Source of the DNA: a virus
Taxonomy: Duplodnaviria; Caudoviricetes
DNA length: 64,000 bases
Virus record (IMG/VR): IMGVR_UViG_3300014039_000017
Location: 64,001-128,000 of that record
Direction: 5' to 3' (one strand)
This document shows positions 46,413 to 57,623 of this stretch, piece by piece (within the stretch, counting starts at the first letter, position 1; every line of letters begins with the position of its first letter). Position numbers and translations under genes: made by a program. The notes beneath the pieces were generated by a model. That model was given only the letters and a program-made list of their open reading frames with translations. It had not been told where the DNA came from and searched no databases.

Positions 46413-49410
46413 TAGTTTTTAATATGCTTTACTCTATCTTCAGTTTCTTTCTGTTTACCATAATTAAATGCAGACTTATAGTCGCCCGTAAGATATCCTG
46501 TCACTCTTCTCAACCGCTGTATGTTTGTTCCGCCGCATTCTGGACAATTTTCTCCAATTTCATCAGTGTAACCACAATTCATACACGTGTCATTAGGAAC
46601 ATTTATTGCAAAATATGGAATATCTTTATCCATAGCATAATTAACTAGAGTTTCAAGGGCTGGAATATTATTTTTTGCGGTGCTAGGAAGTTCTACATAA
46701 GTAATACATCCCGCATTAGAATATCCGGTTAATTGAGACTCTATATCAATTTTTTCAAAAGGATTCATTTCTTTCCAAACTGGAACATGAATAGAATTTG
46801 TAAAATAATCTTTATCTGAAACATTTTCTATTTTTCCATATTTCTGTTGAAATTTCTTCATTGCTGTGTAACAGAGATTTTCTGCCGGGGTAAAATATAC
46901 ACCAAAATTAAGAGAATATTTCTTTTTAAATTCAGCACATCTTGTCTTAAATAAACATTCAATTCTTTTAGCAAGATTCATACCATCTTCTGTTGTGTGA
47001 TCTTTTCCAATTAGAAGATAAAGAGTATTAGAAAGTCCAAGTTGTCCAATCGCTAATGTTCCATGTTTCATTGCGGATTCAACAGTTTTACCATCAAATC
47101 CAGCTATTACATTATTTTCATACATAAATTTAGCTGATTCTATTGGTTGCTTACATATTCAATCATAACGCTCTAAAAGCATATCTTTTGCTTCAGAAAT
47201 CTTTTTATCTAATAAAGTTATAAAATCTTCAACGGGATTTTTTGACTTATTATCAATAACAACTTCTGCAGCAAGTGTTGGAAGTATAATAGTAACAGGG
47301 CAGATATTCCCTCTGCCATCTTTTTGTTGACCAAAACCATTAATATCAAAACCATTATAGGTTCTGCACATGCTATCTGATGTTGCCATCAGCACTGACT
47401 ATATATTCTATCATTTTGATAGCCTTCTGTTTGGAACTAGCGCTTATCTCTAGCTCTACTCGCTTACATTCATCAGCGATAGTCGATACACATTAAATAT
47501 ATTGAAATTCATAATCATAATTATTTGTTGTTTTAGTTCCTTTTAAAATAGCAGTTATTGTTTTTCTATTTAATCCTAATTGTTCTGAACACATTCGAAT
47601 ACTCTTAAAAATTAATTCCTTACCGTCTTTTGTAATAACTTTAACTGCATGGCTTCTTTTTCTACTATGGTATAGATTATTATCATATCCGTATTGAGTA
47701 TTTTCAGCATTAGAAACTCATTCTAGATTAGAAATATTATTATTTAACTTATTTCCGTCTATATGATTAACTTGTTTTAAACATTTTGGATTAGGAATTA
47801 ATGTTTCTGCTATTAGTCTATGAACTCTAACGTATTTTCTTTTACCGTTAATTCTAAAAACTACTTGATAATAACCAGTATTATCAATTCATTTAGATAA
47901 TTTATGATATTCACCATTAATTATTCGGTAAATATCTTCTCCACTTATATAAACATTTTCAAAAGAAGTTTGTACCATATTTTATAGTCTTAATTGTTAA
48001 TATAATACAAAATTACTCCATTTGTGTCGAATTTCAAAATATTCTTTAGCACGGTCTCATCTTTTTCAAGACCTAACCGTTAGCACATTTCTGTACACCC
48101 TTAAGCAAGGTTAAGAAGGTTTTAAATGGGCTGCATATTCACTAACCCATTGTAGATGTGTAAGTTAGAGGATTTTTAGGATCATACCCTTCGTTTACAG
48201 TTCAATCTACATTAACATAATTAGGATACAATCGTAACGCGGTAGATTTTAATGCTTTTTGAAAAAGATAATAATTTGGATCCCCAGGAGCCCTGTTAAT
48301 TCCTTTCATGCATTGAAATATAGAACAAGGAAAAATTGGAGTTTTATGAAACTTACCAACTCCTTTAATAGATGCATTTAAAAGTGCATCTATAACAAGC
48401 TGTCCCTCATACAGTGTACACGTACCATAATTAATAGACGTAAATGGTAGTTGATTTCCAGAACGACTTTGAAGAGTATTTAAATTGTGAAATAAGCCCT
48501 CTGCTGCTTGATTAAGCTCTTTAATTGTCATATCAAGAGCGTAGTTATATACTTCTGGGTACTTCTCAGTAAAGCATCTGGAATTAATAGGTAATGTTTT
48601 TAAGTATTCCCAATCAAGTTCGTCTGTCGCTCCGGCAATATAATGATATCCATCACGCCAATGCTTAATAAAACTCTTGCGAACATAAGGAACCATAGTT
48701 CAATCTAGGTGAGTAGCCGCAACTCCTCCAAATTGTTGTAAGCTTTGTAATTGAAATATAACGGCAACAAGCTGAAAAGCGGTATTAATACTATTAGCTG
48801 GACGAACATCTGTTTGTCTTGTATTAAAGCCTTTTGCAAGTAAATCATCAAATGGAATAGACAAGCAATTGTGGTCTCCTATAGCATAAGAATCAAGATC
48901 ATGGATATAAATTTCATTATTTATATGATTGTTTCTAGATGTTTCAGACATATAATCAGATAGAGCTAGTTGTTTTAAAGCAATTCTACTTGCTTCTCCA
49001 ACTCTACCACCAAATGACATTTCATCAACATTTGCATTTTGGTTTTCAATATTCTTTGCTTCTAGCTTTTCTTTCATTCTGTTGAGAATAACATAGTCTC
49101 TTTCTCTAATTTTTCTATGCTCTTCTCTATACAAAATATATCTCTTAGCTGCATCATAATACTCATTAACCATCATAATACGTTCTACAACATCTTGAAT
49201 ATCTTCTACAGATACTTCTCCATCTTGGTCACTAAACAGATTATTTACACCTGTTTTAAGAGCTTGCACTAGTACAGGACCAATTAGTTTACCTGTGGTA
49301 GTTTCCCATTTATTAGGATCTTGTGAGCCTATTGCTTTACCAACTGCAATCTTAATCTTTTCAAAATTAAATTCTTCTTTTTGTCCATTACGCTTCGTTA
49401 CTTGCTTCAT
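46412..49410 (-). CDS. nrdD: Class III (anaerobic) ribonucleotide reductase with ATP cone, 740 aa after splicing
   Basis: Exons 49410-48145 and 47368-46412. VTKRNG ATP cone, IYIHDLD, HLDW(TGA), TMG|CRT, TPAENL, YFTNS, CxxC...CxxC, RRVTGYL glycyl-radical motif. Confidence 0.95.
47369..48144 (-). mobile_element. Group I intron in nrdD
   Basis: Exon ends ATGGGT, IGS GCCCAT 13 nt into the intron; ATCGACTATC and GAATATATAGTC elements; terminal G at 47369; restores MG|CRT. Confidence 0.9.
47493..47978 (-). CDS. Intron-encoded HNH homing endonuclease, 161 aa (TGA=Trp; missing from ORF track)
   Basis: VHRLIAETLIPNPKCLKQVNHIDGNKLNNNISNLEW(TGA)VSNAEN; promoter TAATTTTG at 48008-48015. Confidence 0.9.
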
Positions 49411-50167
49411 ATTTAATAAAATCAAACAACATACCCACGAGAATTGTTTTCTCGAATCTATTAATTATATCTTTACCTTGTGTTATTTGTGAACATACTG
49501 AAGAATACATATTATGTAGAGACCCTTCAGTTGACGGTGATACATAATAATTAGAAGTTGGCTTATTAACAACATCGTTATATGCTTTAATAATATCGTT
49601 AGGAGAAAGCTTTACCTTTCCGCCAATATCATTACGTTCATATAAAAGAGACTTGTTAATAAGAGAACCAAGCAACTCATTTAAATGATCCGGAGATATA
49701 AAATTATTTTTAATGGATTTAATTTTCCTCCCAAATCCATTTTCTTTTGACATCAAATTCTTAAAATCAAATTCAAACTTTATCTCTGGTTTAAGTTCCT
49801 TGGTTTCAATCCATGTTGGCTCAAATACAACTAAATTATTAGTTTTAGAACTTTTATATGCTCTATAATATTTACATACTGGAGTTTTAGTATCTAAAGC
49901 ATAAATTAATCCATATACTTCTTTATATTCTTCTATAGAGTCTTTATCTGGCATTATAGCCTGAATTCAGACTCTATTATATGTTAAATCCTTTTCAGTT
50001 ATATTACCAGTTATTTGGTCTGGTAATTGTACATTTATTTCAAAATCTACCGCTATAGGTTTAAAGAAATTAAGAAAATCTTCTACATAGTCTTTTGTAG
50101 ATAAATATTGATTTTCTTTAATTATTGTTGGTTTACCAAGCAATAAAGCATCAATAGTAGTTTGCAT
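49388..50167 (-). CDS. Conserved crAss-like hypothetical protein, 259 aa (TGA=Trp)
   Basis: Track ORFs 49967-50167 and 49388-49954 join as TYNRVW(TGA)IQAIMPD. Confidence 0.8.
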
Positions 50168-50478
50168 TAATATCTAGCAACTTTTCTAATTATATTAATA
50201 TCTGGATTTATTCTATCTATTCAATATTGTTCTCTAGCACAAACATCATCTCTTGTAACATATTCAATTACTTCAATTTTGATTGTATTTAACGATGAAA
50301 ATCAATTTTGCATAATAGAATTATAATGTTTTCCGTGAATTAATAATCTTATATGTTCTTGAATTCTAACTTTAGCACACCGTTTTGTACTTCCTATATA
50401 TTGGTGCGTTCCTATAGTTATCTTATATATAACAGGAAAAAGCAAATCAAGTATATTAAAATTATATTCTATACTCAT
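50167..50478 (-). CDS. Free-standing minimal GIY-YIG nuclease, 103 aa (TGA=Trp)
   Basis: VIYKIT...YIGST..R..EH...HYNSIMQNW(TGA)...REQYW(TGA)ID..NP..N; TAATG overlap at 50167. Confidence 0.8.
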
Positions 50479-50485
50479 AGAGATA

Positions 50486-50522
50486 AAAAATGAGCCAGAG
50501 ATTTCACAACCTCTGACTCTCA
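50486..50522 (-). terminator. Intrinsic terminator
   Basis: Minus strand GAGTCAGAGG-TTGTGAAA-TCTCTGGCTC followed by ATTTTT. Confidence 0.65.
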
Positions 50523-50557
50523 AACGTCTTATTAAAAATTCTATTATGAAAAGAAAA

Positions 50558-51058
50558 CTAGTTTCCAAAAACAATATATGTACCAAGCTTAGTTTTAGCT
50601 GAAGGTACATATTTCAATGTAAATGCAAGCTCATGATCCTTATCTACACGATAAACATGCTTACATACCATATCTTTCTTAAAATCTTTCATTGCGGCCT
50701 TAGCCTTACGTGTAGCTTCGCCCTTGGTTTCTGCTTCTGCAACAAATTCGCCATCAATAGTTCTAATCTCAAGAACTCTCTTCTTTGAAAGAGGCCCTTC
50801 AACGACATTATTTACATACTCATAAGGTCTTTCACGAGTATCAGCAGAACCAGGCTCCTTTACAACAATACAAGCAACTCCAGTGGTATCTGTAAGCTTG
50901 TTCTTATCAAGCATCTCCTGGGCAAATGTATCAAAATCTGTAGGATTAAGACTCTTAAATGAAAGAGTTACATTCTTTACGACTGTAAGACCATACTGGC
51001 TAACAGCAATTTCCTTAGCCTCATTAAAGCTATAAGCGTTAATTTCAAATTTTCTCAT
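50558..51058 (-). CDS. Hypothetical protein, probably highly expressed, 166 aa
   Basis: Own promoter (51110-51141) and terminator; AAG/CTT/GCT/CGT-rich codon bias; no TGA. Confidence 0.85.
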   Translation of the reverse strand: MRKFEINAYSFNEAKEIAVSQYGLTVVKNVTLSFKSLNPTDFDTFAQEMLDKNKLTDTTGVACIVVKEPGSADTRERPYEYVNNVVEGPLSKKRVLEIRTIDGEFVAEAETKGEATRKAKAAMKDFKKDMVCKHVYRVDKDHELAFTLKYVPSAKTKLGTYIVFGN

Positions 51059-51109
51059 ATTACATTATCATTTTTAATTAAACATATTATCTCTTGTTAT
51101 TTGTATATA

Positions 51110-51141
51110 CAAATATAAGATATTTTTATATAATTTACAAA
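51110..51141 (-). promoter_or_regulatory. Consensus Bacteroidota primary-sigma promoter
   Basis: Minus strand TTTG (51141-51138), N20, TATATTTG (51117-51110). Confidence 0.75.
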
Positions 51142-51885
51142 TTAATTTTTAAAAGAATCTAATTTTTTAGATACTATATTAGTTATTTCTTCTAAAGACA
51201 TATTTGTATTTACTTCAATATTAATATTGAATACTTTTGGTTCTTGATTAATTTTAGATTTATCAAATGAAACAATATCAAGATTTTTATTTTTGTTAGA
51301 CAAATATTGTTTAACCTCTTCTTCTGTAGACCACTTTTTATTTCCAATAGAAACCCCGTCTTTGGCTAGTGTTAATTTATGATCCTTTAAAAGAAATGTA
51401 TTAGCACTTACAGTTTCTCTAGCCGGTATGAGACTTGTTGTATTATAATCCCAATAATACAGATCAATATAGTAATTCCATCCATACATGCCCATTTTTC
51501 CATACGAGTATCCTGTATTTATAATTTCATATTTAGTGATATCGTCTAAACATGTACATTTAGAATTATTGGACGCATCGTAACTAGTAATATAAACAGG
51601 TCGATACGTATAATTCCCCATTGTTATCTCGGTCTCTTTATTTGAATTGAGCACTAACTCCCCTTTACCATCGAAAATCGTATTCTTTAAAGGGGTTTCG
51701 AATCTAGCGCATATTTTAGCCATATTAGTATCAATTAATTTTATATAAGATTTAATAATTTTAATGGCTAAAATTTGATTATTATATATAGTATAGAATA
51801 TGTCTCCAGTATTAAAGACCGGAGCCCAAATTGGAGAATTTCTCCAATTTTTACCACTTAAATTATATATAGTCATATTATACAA
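51142..51885 (-). CDS. Hypothetical protein, ~247 aa
   Basis: Intact ORF; the start could be 51885 or 51876. Confidence 0.75.
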   Translation of the reverse strand: MYNMTIYNLSGKNWRNSPIWAPVFNTGDIFYTIYNNQILAIKIIKSYIKLIDTNMAKICARFETPLKNTIFDGKGELVLNSNKETEITMGNYTYRPVYITSYDASNNSKCTCLDDITKYEIINTGYSYGKMGMYGWNYYIDLYYWDYNTTSLIPARETVSANTFLLKDHKLTLAKDGVSIGNKKWSTEEEVKQYLSNKNKNLDIVSFDKSKINQEPKVFNINIEVNTNMSLEEITNIVSKKLDSFKN

Positions 51886-52921
51886 ATTCTACTATTTCAT
51901 CATATCCAAAGATTTCATAATAAGCAACTCTTTTAAGGAGCTCTTCATATAATTTCTTTCCTCTCTTATATAATTCGTTATTCATATTGCAACACTTACT
52001 GTTATATGGATAATTATTTTTGACCGCCAAAAAATTAATTTCAGTAGTCCAATTATCATTAAATCCATACTGTTGCATACAATATAATTTAAGAACATCC
52101 ATATAAAGAGCTCCCTGGCAATCGTACCTAAAAGAGTGAAAATGTCCTGTTTTTGGATGCATAAAATAATCGGGGTTATCTCTCGTAGTCTTCAAATCAT
52201 TTAAAACAAGACGTTTGTTATCTACGTCAATAGTCCAATTATCTATCTTCATCTTATAGTGAAGTATTTTTGCTTTATCTTTATATACAACGCAAAAATC
52301 TATAAACATAGCATCTTCATTATACGAAGGGAGTTTTTCACCAAATACATCTTCTGGATGAAGTTTAGACATAATCTCTCTATTAGATGCCAAAGAATTT
52401 ATACAAGCTTCTGCAATATCATGATCAGAATCACTTAATATAATATTGCCATCACTCAAATCAATATCTTTAGCTTTAAGATAGTATCCTAAACCCTTCT
52501 TTATAATACTTTTTATTATAGAATTAGTTAGCCTTCCAGAATAATAATCAGCTGATGCACTAGCTTTAGTTATAGAATCTAGTATAGAAAAACCTTGTTT
52601 CCTATATTTAATTATATAATCAAGACATAAACCTAATTTAGCAGAAGGTTTACCCATTTTAGGTAAAAACTCAAACTCATCTTTTTGAAGGGTTTGTAGA
52701 TGAACTACAGATCCAATTGCTAATGACTGAGTAGAAAAATGCGGAGGATTTTTATACTGTTCTGGACTTCCGCCTCTTATAGGATCAATATTTTTTAACC
52801 TAGAATTAGATACATAGTTGGCGTATTTTTTACTAAAATACTCCTCATCACTCATATCAACTCTTTTTAAACTATCTAAGATAGGAATTATCTTAAAATC
52901 TTTGAATTTAATTTGTTTCAT
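51878..52921 (-). CDS. PD-(D/E)XK exonuclease-like protein (RecE/exonuclease VIII-like)
   Basis: VSNSRLK, LAIGSVVH, YNE, KMKIDNW, LNDLKTT, YDCQGALY. Confidence 0.78.
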   Translation of the reverse strand: MKQIKFKDFKIIPILDSLKRVDMSDEEYFSKKYANYVSNSRLKNIDPIRGGSPEQYKNPPHFSTQSLAIGSVVHLQTLQKDEFEFLPKMGKPSAKLGLCLDYIIKYRKQGFSILDSITKASASADYYSGRLTNSIIKSIIKKGLGYYLKAKDIDLSDGNIILSDSDHDIAEACINSLASNREIMSKLHPEDVFGEKLPSYNEDAMFIDFCVVYKDKAKILHYKMKIDNWTIDVDNKRLVLNDLKTTRDNPDYFMHPKTGHFHSFRYDCQGALYMDVLKLYCMQQYGFNDNWTTEINFLAVKNNYPYNSKCCNMNNELYKRGKKLYEELLKRVAYYEIFGYDEIVEFV

Positions 52922-53680
52922 TTAAATATTTAAATTTAAATTATATATTCTTCTATGCTGAGGGACATTAAACCATTTATTATGTGGCGAATCCATTAAA
53001 TAACAAAATATTCCAGCATTTGTTATTTCTTGATAATTTTGAACTTTATCGTCTATGTGGATTTGACATTTATGTTCTTTTAGAAGATCTACTTTACTTT
53101 CATTATATGGAACGCAATAGACCGGAGCACAAGGAAACCCATTCTTTTCTAAGCATTCTTTAGTCCACTCAACAGGAATACTTCTGCTTGTAATATAACA
53201 AGTAGGGTTAAATGTGGGAAGATTTTTAACAGGAAGATTTACCCAAAATTCCTTATCGTCCTTAACCTTATCAAGCATTTCTTTCATTTGATAAGAACCA
53301 TCCCAATAATTATTTAGCTTTACACCAAATTTAGATTCAAAACTTGGAATAAAATCCAAGCATACATCATCTACATCTAAAGACACTCTAGGTGTAGATA
53401 TGTTACCAAGAAGCCTATCATCTCCTTGTGGATATATTTTATAATATTCGCAGAGAATCAAGGCTTCTTCGGCAACATGAGCTATTTGTAATAGACCGTC
53501 TTTATCATAGTCATTACCAAGCTCAAATTCAGTTAAATGCTTTTTAAGAGACGATATAACTTCTGCCCAAGAAATACCGTACTTCCATTGATTGATATTA
53601 AATTTTTCAAGTTTTTTAGTTAATACTTTACTAACTTCTTCTATTCCTTGAGCAGGAATTAAATCGTATCTTGTATCCAT
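52922..53680 (-). CDS. dATP/dGTP diphosphohydrolase-like (DUF5664) domain fused to a HAD 5'-nucleotidase-like domain
   Basis: RYDLIP...W..G..W.....SL..H...D...GL..IAH N-terminus; LDVDDV, ITSR, K, HIDD HAD motifs. Confidence 0.7.
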   Translation of the reverse strand: MDTRYDLIPAQGIEEVSKVLTKKLEKFNINQWKYGISWAEVISSLKKHLTEFELGNDYDKDGLLQIAHVAEEALILCEYYKIYPQGDDRLLGNISTPRVSLDVDDVCLDFIPSFESKFGVKLNNYWDGSYQMKEMLDKVKDDKEFWVNLPVKNLPTFNPTCYITSRSIPVEWTKECLEKNGFPCAPVYCVPYNESKVDLLKEHKCQIHIDDKVQNYQEITNAGIFCYLMDSPHNKWFNVPQHRRIYNLNLNI

Positions 53681-53681
53681 A

Positions 53682-54980
53682 TTATATTAATGAATATTCT
53701 TTTGTTTGTTCATTATAAGCAACTTGAGGATTCCATACATAATACCATTCATCATTTATTAGAACGTAATCTTCATTATCCTCTATATAGCACATTGGAA
53801 TTTCTTCTATTCTTGTTTTGTTAACGTGTACATCAACATATTTTTCGTTAATTGAAAAATTATCATTACACCATTCACAATAATGAGCACAATCTTCACA
53901 AAGCCAATCGCCATAAAATGACGAATAACACCATCCACTTGGACCCTCATCATCATATCCGTATGCGGATTCCCCACAACAGTAACAAGTGTAAAGGAAT
54001 CTTCCCGAACCATTTAAACCACCTTCAGTATCATCGGCTGTATAATATCCGTCATCTGAATTAGTGCTTATATATTTTTTATCTTCAGTTACATATCTAA
54101 AACTATCCAGATAAGGGAAATATTCATATTCCTCATTTAAATGAATTGTAAGATTAATATATTTTGATTCAGCATAATCATCTTCTGGCCCAAACCAATA
54201 CTGCTCATCCCCAGTACTAAGCAAACTATTATTAACCCTATAATACCATTTATGTTCTTTTGCGTATTCAATAAATTGAGAATCAAGAAAATCTTCACAA
54301 GTATAGAACCTATCCATAAATGTGCCTTCTGGGAGTTCCCAAACTATAGCTCTACCCATAAGTAGACCGTCTTTAAAGCATCCTAGCATTTTAGCGTGAT
54401 CTTCATATATTTTAAAATATGATTCACACTCTCCATGCCGCATACAACTATTACCCAAAGTTCCAGAGTCTTTATAATAATTATCAGCGTTATAATATTT
54501 AGTTATGTCTGAACCTGAAACGAGCTTAAATTCTCCAGATTGAAAAAGTTCATTTTTAATCCAGTTGGCAAAATCCTCAAATTCTTTACATTTATATTCG
54601 TGCTTTAGAACTCTTTGAATTAGCTTAGAAGGCTTAGATTCCTGTCTTCCTTCGCGAGACCATACGCCACAATCAGAATATTTAGCCTCTTTTCCTTTAG
54701 GAAGGAATGAAATTGTTAGAGAATTTATTCTATATGTAAGCATTCTAGCCTCATCAGTAATTAGAGAATTGATAATATCAAGTAATGGTTGTACCAAATA
54801 TTTTTTATCACTTATTGGATTATATGTCAAGTCTATAACACAACTATTATATGTGTTAATACATGTATTTGCTGTAAGAATTTCTGATGCAATTTTACAT
54901 TCAGGATGTTTTTGGTATACAGCTTCAAATATTTCTTTAAGACTATCTGAAAGTAAAGGTAATAACTTTGTATATTCCAT
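53682..54980 (-). CDS. Hypothetical protein with C-terminal Cys clusters, 432 aa
   Basis: GTLGNSCMR, GRAIVW, FMDRFY, FPYLDSF, three CxxC pairs; all Trp codons are TGG. Confidence 0.8.
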   Translation of the reverse strand: MEYTKLLPLLSDSLKEIFEAVYQKHPECKIASEILTANTCINTYNSCVIDLTYNPISDKKYLVQPLLDIINSLITDEARMLTYRINSLTISFLPKGKEAKYSDCGVWSREGRQESKPSKLIQRVLKHEYKCKEFEDFANWIKNELFQSGEFKLVSGSDITKYYNADNYYKDSGTLGNSCMRHGECESYFKIYEDHAKMLGCFKDGLLMGRAIVWELPEGTFMDRFYTCEDFLDSQFIEYAKEHKWYYRVNNSLLSTGDEQYWFGPEDDYAESKYINLTIHLNEEYEYFPYLDSFRYVTEDKKYISTNSDDGYYTADDTEGGLNGSGRFLYTCYCCGESAYGYDDEGPSGWCYSSFYGDWLCEDCAHYCEWCNDNFSINEKYVDVHVNKTRIEEIPMCYIEDNEDYVLINDEWYYVWNPQVAYNEQTKEYSLI

Positions 54981-54981
54981 T

Positions 54982-55170
54982 TTATTTCTCTCTTAATGAT
55001 TTTATAAAAATATCAGCAAGAATTCCTACAAAATCCAAATTAGAATTCTCGTCGCAATTATTAAATTTAACATCATAATCCAAATTTCCAACTTCTTTAT
55101 CATAAGTAAGATTAATTTGGATTTCATTGTCTGAATTAACGTTTTTAAACGTTACTATGGCTTTCTCCAT
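54982..55170 (-). CDS. Hypothetical protein, 62 aa
   Basis: Intact ORF tiling between neighbours. Confidence 0.7.
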   Translation of the reverse strand: MEKAIVTFKNVNSDNEIQINLTYDKEVGNLDYDVKFNNCDENSNLDFVGILADIFIKSLREK

Positions 55171-55537
55171 AAGATTTAATTAAATTATAAAATAATTTTA
55201 TATCCATTATAGCACATCTTCCAACTGTTACTATATTTTTTTCTTTTGGCTCTTGTTTATCTCACAAAATAACAAAAGATTCATTTGGAACTGTAGATTG
55301 CTCTCTAATTTTAAAGTATTGAGGATAAGGTATTTGATGTTTAATTTGGATATTCATTCCAAATGGAAGTTGATTTTCAGTATCTAATACATCAACTTTA
55401 TTATCATCAGTAGCTTTTGAACCTTGTCTAGAAGACATTACTTTATCAAAACCTAATTCTTTAAGTTCATTTATTACTTTTTGTTCTGCTCTGATCCCTC
55501 TACTTCTGTTATATGATCCAGATCGTCTTTTAGGCAT
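55145..55537 (-). CDS. Holliday junction resolvase-like (Hjc-type PD-(D/E)XK), 130 aa (TGA=Trp)
   Basis: NRSRG..AE......L...GF..V.SSR..SK..DD..VD....IQIK; reads through TGA 55262 to TAA 55145-55147. Confidence 0.65.
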
Positions 55538-56523
55538 AAAAACTCTTTAGCTTTATTAATTAATTCCAGAGTTTTATCTTTACCGTATTTTTTATAAAAA
55601 TCTGAAATATCTTTTGCTTCGTACTTTCTAGGAATAAATACAAATTTAAGTTCTGGATGTATTCTCTTAATTCTATTCATACCTTCAATGCCCGGTAAGT
55701 CGTTATCATATCCTACGACTATATTCTTAAATTTTTGTTTAAGCCGATCTAGCTGTGAATCAGTTACAAACAGATTTTCACTATTTGGAGCAATAGCTGT
55801 AATTCCCAATTCATATAAAAGCATACAATCTTTAAGAGATTTGGTAATTACTAGTAGATTTCCTCCATTTCTTGGAAGTAACCCCTGAATTTTAGTTTTC
55901 TCTCAATTAGACAGAAATTTAAATTTATGATTATTTGGAAAGTAAAGTCTTCAAAGATCCATATTATTCTTCTTTCCTCCAAAATACCCAAATATTTTTT
56001 GAGTAGGAGTTTCCAAATGAAATAAATGCCCGTTAAGTCATATATTCTTACAAGAAAATACATTAAATCTTTTTAAAGTATTTTCTGTTATTCCGTAAGA
56101 TAACCACCAATCTAGTTCGTATTGTTGAAATGGTCTAATCTCAACCTGTATAATTGAAGATTGTACTGGCTCTAAAATAGTTGACTCTACCTTGACTGGG
56201 TTAACAGCCAAAGTAGAGTTCTTAACTATTCCAAAATCATTAGCCGCAATTAGCAACGCTTTTACGAAATCACAGCTAAATTTATGTTGAACCACATACA
56301 ACCAATCCCCACAAAAATCAGAACCAAAATCTTTAACAATTAATCTTCCTTTACTATTCTTATAGTAACATACAGTAGGATTATTATCAGATCTAAATTT
56401 AGATTTAAATAAGCCTTTACGGATTGGAACTCCATAATATGTTGCCATAAGAGTTTCTTGACTAATTCTAGATTCTATTAATTCCTTAGTTATTTTTGGA
56501 GGAATAGTTATAATAGACTCCAA
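55474..56523 (-). CDS. dnaG: DNA primase (TOPRIM), 349 aa (TGA=Trp, TTG start)
   Basis: Track ORFs 56038-56523 and 55474-55824 in frame via three TGA. S.FR.D.NP, ITKSLKD, APNSE, YDNDLPG, KDISD. Confidence 0.85.
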
Positions 56524-56525
56524 GA

Positions 56526-57185
56526 TTAAGCAAATGGAAGATCATCAACAGAATTATTAAGATCTTCTGATACTGCTCCTAGAATATCATCAGCAGTCTT
56601 AGGAGACATTGTTGTAGGTTTTGCGTTATTAGCAGCATCAATCTTCTTAACTTCACTAGAAGTAAGAGTAAGCTCGTGACCGATAACTCTAGTAGCAATA
56701 CCCAAATCACCACTCTTTGTAATTCTTGCAACAAAAGTTGGCATAGATACATAACCATTAGACTGAGGAACAAGCTTAATTTGAACTTTAAGCTTACCAA
56801 CGGCAGGATCAGTCCACTGCTTAATAGTATCACAAATTTGTTTAAAGTTACCAGTAAGAGTCTTTGTACCAGAATCAATATCCTTTACAATCTGAGGATC
56901 TACTGCTTCAAGAATTTCTCTTACAAGAACAAGAAAATGATCCAGCATAGACGCTGATACTCCCCACTGCATAGCTGTACGCTCATCTGACTGAGGTTCA
57001 AAGAAATTCTGTGTATATGGGCCGTATCCATCAATATCAAGCTTTAGTGCAAGCGTCTTAAATGAGTTGCCATCTTTCTGACTAGTCTTAGTCTCAAAAG
57101 CAACTCCCATAAAAGTAGCATCTTTAATTCCTGCCGTAAGCTTACCAGCAGACTCTACAACCTTCTGTGCAAAATTAAAATTCAT
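56526..57185 (-). CDS. Putative single-stranded DNA-binding protein
   Basis: Acidic C-terminus DDLPFA; lies between primase and Sak4-like ATPase; high-expression codon bias. Confidence 0.65.
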   Translation of the reverse strand: MNFNFAQKVVESAGKLTAGIKDATFMGVAFETKTSQKDGNSFKTLALKLDIDGYGPYTQNFFEPQSDERTAMQWGVSASMLDHFLVLVREILEAVDPQIVKDIDSGTKTLTGNFKQICDTIKQWTDPAVGKLKVQIKLVPQSNGYVSMPTFVARITKSGDLGIATRVIGHELTLTSSEVKKIDAANNAKPTTMSPKTADDILGAVSEDLNNSVDDLPFA

Positions 57186-57197
57186 ATAAATTAAAAA

Positions 57198-57623
57198 TTA
57201 GTTTAAATCAATATTTTCGTTTAATTCATTTAAGGAATCAATTTCTTCTTTAAGAGGATCGATTTCTTCAATTCTCTCTACTTTTTCCATTTTAAGATAA
57301 TTCTTAAAAGGAACTAGTTTAAAGAAACTGCCGTATTCTTTCAGAATTGTATTCTGAATTCCTCTAAACGATACGGTCTTAGATTTCGTTAGCCTATTTC
57401 CATTAATAGAGTCTTTACATATTAATGGGAATGTTGTTTCTTTATCTACATTTCAATATGTAATAGCTATTTTATCTCCTGGAATAGCTCCAAGAGCTTT
57501 AACCGCTTCTTTAGATAACACAAGTCTTGAATTATCCACTTCTACAGTAGCTAAATCTTGATTATATGAGATATCAGAAACTTTATCTTCTATTGGTAGT
57601 TTAGGTAATGTGTAATTAAGCAT
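57198..57623 (-). CDS. Hypothetical protein, 141 aa (TGA=Trp)
   Basis: Reads through TGA 57453 (ITYW) to TAA 57198-57200; GNRLTKSKTVSFRG. Confidence 0.75.
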
